Source: Candidatus Saccharibacteria bacterium oral taxon 488
Lineage (GTDB): Bacteria; Patescibacteriota; Saccharimonadia; Saccharimonadales; Saccharimonadaceae
Direction: 5' to 3'
Assembly (NCBI GenBank): GCA_010202845.1
Contig: CP047921.1
Coordinates: forward strand, 780,001 to 812,000
DNA length: 32,000 nt
A program made the translations under genes and the position numbers. Shown piece after piece: positions 26,333 through 32,000 of the stretch. The notes beneath the pieces were generated by a model, which saw nothing but the letters and a program-made list of their open reading frames with translations, was not told the origin of the DNA and searched no databases. How positions within the stretch are numbered: position 1 is the first letter of the stretch; each line of letters starts with the position of its first letter.

Positions 26333-27816
26333 TTGATTTCTTTCCCTATTTTGGCAAGATTTTCTTTTATTTTTACCTCTAGCTCACGGCTCTTCGCAAA
26401 CTGCCCTTCAAGCTCAGCCGTCAACCTAGCAAATTTCTCGACAAACAGTTCATCGTCTTCCTCGGCCTCTTCGACACCAACGTAACGACCGGGTGTCAGC
26501 ACGTAATCATGCTGCTTGATTTCCCCTAGTGCAGCAACTTTGCAAAAACCTGGCTGGTCAGTGTAATCCGCGCTGGCGGTTTTATAATCATGATATGTCT
26601 TCGCTACCCTGGCGATATCTTCCGCAGTCAGTTCGCGGTTACGACGGGTGACCATTTTGCCCAAATTACGCCCATCAATGAACAGCACTTTGCCGTGACG
26701 ATTGGCACGATCACGCGACACAAACCACAGACAGCATGGTATAGCCACATTAAAAAACAACTGGCTCGGCAGCGTGACGATAGCGTCAACCATATCATTA
26801 AGAACCAGCTGTTTGCGGATGTCACCTTCACCGCCAGTTTGACTGCTCATACTCCCGTTTGCCAGCACAAAGCCTGCAGTACCGCGCGGGCTCAAATGGT
26901 GAATCATATGTTGAATCCACGCAAAGTTAGCGTTACCCTTTGGTGGCAGACCATACTTCCAGCGCGGGTCAGCCTGCAAGTGCTCTTGACCCCAATCGCT
27001 GATGTTAAATGGCGGATTGGCCAAGATATAATCAGCTTTCAGGTCGAGAAGCTGGTCATCCACCAGGGTGTCGCCGCGTTTGATATTCGCGTCAATTCCC
27101 CGAATTGCCATATTCATTTTAGCGAGTCGCCAAGTCGTTTCGTTCAGTTCCTGGCCATACACCGCGATATCGCTAACGCGGCCTGCGTGCTCCTCGACAA
27201 ACTTCTCGCTCCAAACAAACATACCGCCGCTACCGCAACATGGGTCATACACGCGCCCGCTGTATGGCTCAAGCATTTCTACTAGCAATTTCACGATGGA
27301 GCGCGGCGTGTAGAATTCACCGCCATGCTTACCCTCACTGTCAGCAAACATACCCATAAAATATTCGTACACTTGACCAAGCAAGTCTTTGGAACTGGCA
27401 GTGTCGAATTTGATATTGGTAAATAAATCGATAAGTTCACCCAGGCGACGTTTGTCCAGGGCTTCACGAGCATAATTTTTCGGCAAAACACCTTTCAAAC
27501 TTGGATTATCGCGTTCAACTGCTTCCATGGCACTATCGACTAGCACGCCAATTTCTGGCTGCTTGGCGCTCGCCACCAGGTGTTCCCAACGAGCCTCCTT
27601 GGGAATCCAAAAAATATTCTCCGCCAAATACCAATCCCGGTCTTCAGGATCATAATTCTCATCAATCGCTGCCTGATGTCGCACCGAAAACGCATCTGAA
27701 ACATATTTTAGAAAAATCAGCCCCAATACCACATATTTATAATCCGACGAGCTGATATTACCCCGTAGTTTATCCGCCGCAGCCCACAACTGCTTTTCAA
27801 GCTCCCTTGTATTCAT
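26329..27816 (-). CDS. hsdM: Type I R-M N6-adenine DNA methyltransferase subunit
   Basis: HsdM N-terminal domain ([10 protein letters not shown]), AdoMet motif [11 protein letters not shown] and catalytic NPPF. Confidence 0.95.
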   Translation of the reverse strand: MNTRELEKQLWAAADKLRGNISSSDYKYVVLGLIFLKYVSDAFSVRHQAAIDENYDPEDRDWYLAENIFWIPKEARWEHLVASAKQPEIGVLVDSAMEAVERDNPSLKGVLPKNYAREALDKRRLGELIDLFTNIKFDTASSKDLLGQVYEYFMGMFADSEGKHGGEFYTPRSIVKLLVEMLEPYSGRVYDPCCGSGGMFVWSEKFVEEHAGRVSDIAVYGQELNETTWRLAKMNMAIRGIDANIKRGDTLVDDQLLDLKADYILANPPFNISDWGQEHLQADPRWKYGLPPKGNANFAWIQHMIHHLSPRGTAGFVLANGSMSSQTGGEGDIRKQLVLNDMVDAIVTLPSQLFFNVAIPCCLWFVSRDRANRHGKVLFIDGRNLGKMVTRRNRELTAEDIARVAKTYHDYKTASADYTDQPGFCKVAALGEIKQHDYVLTPGRYVGVEEAEEDDELFVEKFARLTAELEGQFAKSRELEVKIKENLAKIGKEIK

Positions 27817-27822
27817 AGATAA

Positions 27823-27831
27823 ATTATATCA
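27823..27831 (-). promoter_or_regulatory. Extended -10 TGATATAAT, 6 nt upstream of the hsdM ATG (leaderless-type)
   Basis: Minus strand reads TCTGATATAAT-TTATCT-ATG. The whole radC/hsdM gap is only 28 nt. Confidence 0.55.
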
Positions 27832-27844
27832 GATTGGGGGTCGT

Positions 27845-28498
27845 TTACTCTGAGTGTAGCAGACTTTTGTAGTCAGTTTTCGTAACAATAATATGATCAT
27901 TAAGCGTAATACCAAGCAGTTTTCCCGCTTCCGCCAGCCTGTTCGTGACATCTTTATCAGCCTGACTGGCCTCCAAGCTCCCGCTCGGATGATTATGCGC
28001 CACGATGATCGAGGCAGCGCGGTCGGCGATGGCATCGGCGAAGACCTCGCGCGGGTGTACCAGGCTGGCCGTCAACGTGCCGATAGTCACCACCCGCTTG
28101 GCAATCAAACGATTCGCACCGTCCAGTGTCAGGCAAACAAAATATTCCTGCTTTTTGTCGCGAATGTCGGCCAGCAGTTCGACGGCCTTTTCTGGGCTGT
28201 CGATGATTGGCTGGTCGCTATCTAGCAAGTACCGCCGCGCCAGCTCCAAACTCGCCAGAATCACCGGGATTTTCGCTTCGCCCAAGCCAACCACGCTGCG
28301 CAGATCATCATACGAAACATCACCGCCTTTTTGACGCAAAATTTTCAGCACATCGCGCGCAATTTTACCAACATCTGCCTGCTTATTGCCGCTGCCAATA
28401 ATCGCCATCAGCAGTTCCAAGTCGCTCAACCGCGCCGTACCGTAACGCGCCAATTTCTCGCGCGGACGGTCGATTTTCGGCTTGTCGAGCACCTTCAT
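27845..28498 (-). CDS. radC: RadC-like JAB/MPN domain protein
   Basis: N-terminal HhH-like region and the JAMM motif HNHPSG, preceded by E...(SIIVAHNHPSGS). Confidence 0.9.
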   Translation of the reverse strand: MKVLDKPKIDRPREKLARYGTARLSDLELLMAIIGSGNKQADVGKIARDVLKILRQKGGDVSYDDLRSVVGLGEAKIPVILASLELARRYLLDSDQPIIDSPEKAVELLADIRDKKQEYFVCLTLDGANRLIAKRVVTIGTLTASLVHPREVFADAIADRAASIIVAHNHPSGSLEASQADKDVTNRLAEAGKLLGITLNDHIIVTKTDYKSLLHSE

Positions 28499-28504
28499 AA
28501 TCTT

Positions 28505-28513
28505 ATTATATCA
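28505..28513 (-). promoter_or_regulatory. Extended -10 TGATATAAT, 6 nt upstream of the radC ATG (leaderless-type)
   Basis: Minus strand reads GAGCTTGATATAAT-AAGATT-ATG. Confidence 0.55.
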
Positions 28514-28524
28514 AGCTCTCGCCA

Positions 28525-28533
28525 TGCTATACT
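28525..28533 (+). promoter_or_regulatory. Extended -10 TGCTATACT, 7 nt upstream of the ATG at 28541 (leaderless-type)
   Basis: Plus strand reads ccaTGCTATACT-agggcca-ATG, back-to-back with the radC -10. Confidence 0.5.
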
Positions 28534-28540
28534 AGGGCCA

Positions 28541-29413
28541 ATGCGACGGCAAACTATTTCCTTTTCTCACAATTCTCACACCATACCGTGCGAAATACTT
28601 TTTACGAGTGATGACATGTCGTTTGATACGATCCTCCTGCTCGGTAGTGGTCAAGTTGAGCACATATTTCACCGGGTAGCCCAAATATGCCCGCCCAACA
28701 TCGCCGTTGTTCAAGGCGCGCCCCACTGGCTTCTTAATGAAGATAATGCCAATGATTTCATGGCAGCCTTCATCAAACAAGCCCTTGACTATTTACTAGC
28801 ACACACCCAAACTCAACAGCTTCATATCATCGCTGAATCACAAGCCGCCCCGTCAACAATCTTTTGTTGTGCACAACCAGAGTATGTACCACGCCTCAGC
28901 CAACTCACCCTCATTCAACCACTTGGACTCACACACAACTATTACCAATCCCACCGACGTGTCATCAAGCTATTCCAGCGGCGTGTAGTAAAAAATATGT
29001 TGCATCAATTCGGATCGCTTCTCACTGACAAATATATGCGGCGCAATTATCGCACTGTCATGAAGCGAGTTAATTTTACTAATATCACAATCCAACGCCA
29101 ATTTGTCCATGGATTATCTGTTAATAGCTTCAGTGATCTTCAGCAGATTCACCATAATCGCCACATTGTTATCATATCGGGGAAGCAGGACGCGTTATTT
29201 CCACCTCGTGTCATAAAACAAAATCTTACCAAACATCAATTACCAATCCCTGTAATCCGCGTACCTCGCATAGCTCACTCATCACTAGCCACGCGTCAAG
29301 GCTATCGGCTGCTCAAAATCGCGCTGGCTTGTCGACCGCGCGCTACACATATTGCCACTACCAACACACCGACCAATCGCGACGCTAATGACGTGTCAGT
29401 CGCACCGGATTGA
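28541..29413 (+). CDS. Alpha/beta-fold hydrolase (putative)
   Basis: Order of elements fits an alpha/beta hydrolase: LLLGSG (oxyanion region), nucleophile elbow IIAESQAA, acid VIISGKQDALFP, and His in RIAHSSL. The ORF-track start at 28331 lies inside radC, so I use the ATG at 28541. The ATG at 28616 is an alternative. Confidence 0.55.
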   Translation: MRRQTISFSHNSHTIPCEILFTSDDMSFDTILLLGSGQVEHIFHRVAQICPPNIAVVQGAPHWLLNEDNANDFMAAFIKQALDYLLAHTQTQQLHIIAESQAAPSTIFCCAQPEYVPRLSQLTLIQPLGLTHNYYQSHRRVIKLFQRRVVKNMLHQFGSLLTDKYMRRNYRTVMKRVNFTNITIQRQFVHGLSVNSFSDLQQIHHNRHIVIISGKQDALFPPRVIKQNLTKHQLPIPVIRVPRIAHSSLATRQGYRLLKIALACRPRATHIATTNTPTNRDANDVSVAPD

Positions 29414-31815
29414 ATTGTCGCCACGGCTTCCTCTTCCGGATTGAGTCGGCTATCATCTGACCATAAGCCCAGCGATGGGTGGTTTTTGACAACCAAGATA
29501 TTGTCACTCACGGTGCTCGTTTCGCTATTATAACCGTAATTATCAACCGCGCCGGCAACCGCCAAATCATTCTGCTCGCCCAGTTCAGACTCTACCGCCT
29601 CGTCCAACTCAGCATCAGGTATTAGCTCAACGGCTGGTGAGGTGGAAGTAACTATCTGCTCCTCTGACTCATAATCATTGGTGATTTCAGGAACTGATAC
29701 CGCCTTAGAATTGTCCAATTGCCCCACGGAATCCATATCAACACCAATCTCGCCGTCTACAGAGAGTTCCAAATCACCAGGTTCTTCACACACCGTAACG
29801 ACTTCTGCCGGCGATATCACCGCGGCTACTTCAGTTAAGGTTAATTCTGATTCCACTCCCGGCAAATCCTGCTTCACAAAAAACACCTCTTCCTCAGCCC
29901 AAATCTTATCTTCACTGCGACCGATGTCCGCGGTGGTGTCAGAGCAATCAAGTTGCCTAAAGACAGGAATTTGCGGCTCGGTCGCATCCGTATCAACCGC
30001 TAATTCATCACCCAATTTCTGTGGCAGATCAACGGCAAGTTGAGTGTCATTTCTATCAACTGCTGTGTGTTTATCTGGTAGATTCGGCGTAATGTCTATC
30101 ATTTCTACAGATGCCGCCACATCAGTTTTATTTGTTGTATTTACCACATCATTCGCTACAAATACATCTGTTTCTACATCATCAATCTTCGGCTGTACCA
30201 AATTATTATCAAAATCGGCACGGTCGCCGATAATCAAAGAGTTCTCGCTACTTTCGACAGACATCTGCTCCTGTGACAATATAGCTTGCGGTGTTCTGCC
30301 AGATTGACCAATAGAATAACTGCCTGGCGATTGGTACGTCTCGTTTTTATCGTATTCCGCCGGCACGCTAGCCGCGACCGTTCGCTCCTGAGATAGCGGC
30401 ACATCGTCTACGTCCGGCGTCAAGTTACCGGGCTGTACATTATCAGCACCGTCAAGAGCTTGGATAGAGCCATCACAACCTGCCACCGTGCCAAGTTCAG
30501 CTTCGCGAGGCTGTGTATTTTGTAGCGGCTTGACATTAGAACCATCAATTGATTCTGCCGCCGGCTTATTCATCTCTGTTGCATCAAATTGCGCTGCCGA
30601 CCGCTGTTCAGAAGCTGACGTGAAGCTGCTTGCTGCCGTTTGTCTCGGTTCAGAATCAGACAGTTTTGGCGCTGCCGCAACAACGTTATTTTCTTTCGGA
30701 TGTTCAATTGATGATGGTTTTATACTTGACGGCGCAGTAGCTTCATCACCATTATATGTATTTTCTACAACACTATCGACGAGTTTATTTTCGCCAGACA
30801 ATAAGTTGGCAGTTTCATTTTTTGGCAAAGTATTATTCTCGTTAGCGGTTTGAGTATCCTCGCTTACCGCTGGCGATGACAGCACAGTTCTCGTTTTCGT
30901 TCGTGTCGGTATGTCTGAAGATTCAAATGCTGGCTGCTGGTTTTCTTTATCTGCTGCACCAGAAATAACATCAAAAGTCTGCTGTTTTATTTCTATCGAC
31001 GGACGATTTTCCTCTGTTGGTTCGGCAAAATACTCCTCGCCAGATGTATTAACGAACGCTCCGCTAACATTTTCTGGCTGGGCTTCTCTAATCTCATCAA
31101 CATTATCAGCGGCATCTTCCGTAGCAACTGTTGGTTCCAAAAACGATTGTTCCGCCTCCTTAATATCCGCAGGTTCGTCTGGAGATTCTGTTGTTTCACT
31201 AGTCGGGATTTCATTGCCTTGATTCGGCGGCGCAACCTGCTCAATTAGTTTATCCGTCTTATCATCGCTTGTTTCAGTGATATCTGCATTTGTTAAATCC
31301 GCCCCGCTATCAGGATTAGCGTAACCCGCCACGACAATGCCGTCATCGTCGTCACTCAACAGATCTCTTAAATACGATTCGCGTTCTGGCGCTGGCTGCA
31401 AATTTTCATTAGCAAAATTGCGCATACGTAAAATCGGACAGTCGTCGCGTGCCGCGCAACTAGCACAGGCGGCGCTCGCCACACCTTGACATATTGCTAC
31501 CCTTCGCTCATCACTCATCCGGTTTTCCGACGAATTAATCTCGCTTTTGCCGGCAAGCGATAACGCGTCAACCGGCGCATCAGGCATATCTTTTAAGTCG
31601 GTGCTGCCATCCATGAAAGTATCAAGCTTTTCTTTGCCGCCAGCCACCGCTACTAAGTCAAGGCCGCTTGCCGCCTCGTCCGTATCAGCATTTACCTCTT
31701 CACCAATGTCGCCAATGCCAGACGAAAAATCCTCACCTCTCAGCGACGAAATGTCAAAACCATCACCGTCAATTCCTGCCGGTGATGATTCTCTTGTAGT
31801 CGCCTCCCCAATCAT
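29302..31815 (-). CDS. Hypothetical 837-aa highly acidic low-complexity protein with an N-proximal 4-Cys motif and a C-terminal hydrophobic anchor
   Basis: Uninterrupted 2.5-kb ORF rich in D/E/S/T/N. C-x7-C-x2-C-x5-C-P at aa 109-127 (nt 31438-31491). C-terminus LVGVLVVAICVA-RGRQ. No signal peptide. The ATG overlaps the upstream stop (ATGA). Confidence 0.7.
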   Translation of the reverse strand: MIGEATTRESSPAGIDGDGFDISSLRGEDFSSGIGDIGEEVNADTDEAASGLDLVAVAGGKEKLDTFMDGSTDLKDMPDAPVDALSLAGKSEINSSENRMSDERRVAICQGVASAACASCAARDDCPILRMRNFANENLQPAPERESYLRDLLSDDDDGIVVAGYANPDSGADLTNADITETSDDKTDKLIEQVAPPNQGNEIPTSETTESPDEPADIKEAEQSFLEPTVATEDAADNVDEIREAQPENVSGAFVNTSGEEYFAEPTEENRPSIEIKQQTFDVISGAADKENQQPAFESSDIPTRTKTRTVLSSPAVSEDTQTANENNTLPKNETANLLSGENKLVDSVVENTYNGDEATAPSSIKPSSIEHPKENNVVAAAPKLSDSEPRQTAASSFTSASEQRSAAQFDATEMNKPAAESIDGSNVKPLQNTQPREAELGTVAGCDGSIQALDGADNVQPGNLTPDVDDVPLSQERTVAASVPAEYDKNETYQSPGSYSIGQSGRTPQAILSQEQMSVESSENSLIIGDRADFDNNLVQPKIDDVETDVFVANDVVNTTNKTDVAASVEMIDITPNLPDKHTAVDRNDTQLAVDLPQKLGDELAVDTDATEPQIPVFRQLDCSDTTADIGRSEDKIWAEEEVFFVKQDLPGVESELTLTEVAAVISPAEVVTVCEEPGDLELSVDGEIGVDMDSVGQLDNSKAVSVPEITNDYESEEQIVTSTSPAVELIPDAELDEAVESELGEQNDLAVAGAVDNYGYNSETSTVSDNILVVKNHPSLGLWSDDSRLNPEEEAVATIQSGATDTSLASRLVGVLVVAICVARGRQASAILSSR

Positions 31816-32000
31816 TGCTCAAAAAATGTCTCCGTTGAAATATGTGATTCGTCGACACCAGCGGCGGTTAGTTTTTGCCAAACATCGCGCACAAATGGCA
31901 GGCTGCCGCAGACCAGAAAATGCGCATCATCCGGCACTTCACTCACAATGTTCGCCGCCTCAAACCGCCCATTCCGCCAGCCATCTTTCTCCTTAACCTG
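31812..32000 (-). CDS. FNR-like (FAD/NAD(P)-binding) oxidoreductase, C-terminal fragment (5' end outside the window)
   Basis: The minus frame is open from the window edge: ...DDAHFLVCGSLPFVRDVWQKLTAAGVDESHISTETFFEQ*. This resembles the C-terminal NAD-binding end (xxCGPxxM...E.F) of ferredoxin-reductase-type flavoproteins. Confidence 0.55.
   Translation of the reverse strand, partial: QVKEKDGWRNGRFEAANIVSEVPDDAHFLVCGSLPFVRDVWQKLTAAGVDESHISTETFFEQ

Noticed and set aside
26590-27285. 231-aa plus-strand ORF
   Set aside because: It is antisense to hsdM and has no motifs.
16975-28498. R-M region as a bounded mobile element or genomic island
   Set aside because: I saw no integrase, transposase or recombinase, no flanking direct repeats, and no adjacent tRNA. 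Only the compositional shift of 20.1-25.3 kb is supported.
28331-28540. 5' part of the 360-aa plus-strand ORF overlapping radC
   Set aside because: That portion is antisense to the radC coding sequence. The hydrolase-like sequence only begins after 28541, where a promoter is present.
29678-31996. Series of Ser/Thr-rich plus-strand ORFs (121, 87, 121, 103 and 149 aa)
   Set aside because: They are fragmented shadow ORFs, the complement of GAx/GAy-rich codons, opposite one uninterrupted 2.5-kb minus-strand ORF and the FNR-like gene.
1-32000. CRISPR arrays, tandem repeats, rRNA, and alternative genetic code
   Set aside because: I saw no periodic repeat-spacer structure or long tandem repeats by eye. 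TGA functions as a stop at many well-supported gene ends, so recoding of the code 4/25 type is not indicated.

Overview
Bacterial chromosomal window that reads cleanly with the standard code (TGA is used as a stop, often in ATGA or TGATG overlaps). I support about 32 CDS, one tRNA, three intrinsic terminators and several promoter or operator sites. I saw no rRNA, CRISPR array, transposase or integrase. Positions 1-16.9 kb are housekeeping and envelope genes: PEBP-family fragment, tRNA-Pro(CGG), NUDIX hydrolase, a protein-kinase-like gene split into two overlapping ORFs, a polar amino-acid ABC importer operon ending in a membrane-anchored CPWC thioredoxin, an LTA-synthase-family enzyme, galE, a CIRCE-preceded clpB lacking the N-domain, a PadR/ABC/FtsX export operon, a CxxC membrane protein/DsbA-like/PdaC-like deacetylase operon, and DUF167. 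Positions 16.9-27.8 kb are a type I R-M locus on the minus strand in the order hsdM, rhuM, GHKL ATPase with a C-terminal PD-(D/E)xK-like motif, hsdS, 274-aa unknown, DUF3800, hsdR. So four non-RM genes are nested inside the operon. The block 20.1-25.3 kb is clearly more AT-rich (spot counts of 60-nt lines give 32-38% G+C versus 45-63% in hsdR and hsdM). I rank the nested GHKL-nuclease and the unknown+DUF3800 cassette as the best candidates for an undescribed defence module. Positions 27.8-32 kb hold radC, an alpha/beta hydrolase, and an 837-aa extremely acidic low-complexity protein with a 4-Cys motif and a C-terminal hydrophobic anchor, overlap-coupled to an FNR-like reductase. One window-wide signal stands out: eight transcription-unit-initial genes have a (TGn)TATAAT-like -10 hexamer exactly 6-7 nt upstream of the ATG and no Shine-Dalgarno, implying frequent leaderless mRNAs. 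The gene content suggests a monoderm-type, possibly reduced-genome lineage such as Saccharibacteria/Patescibacteria, but that is only a guess.
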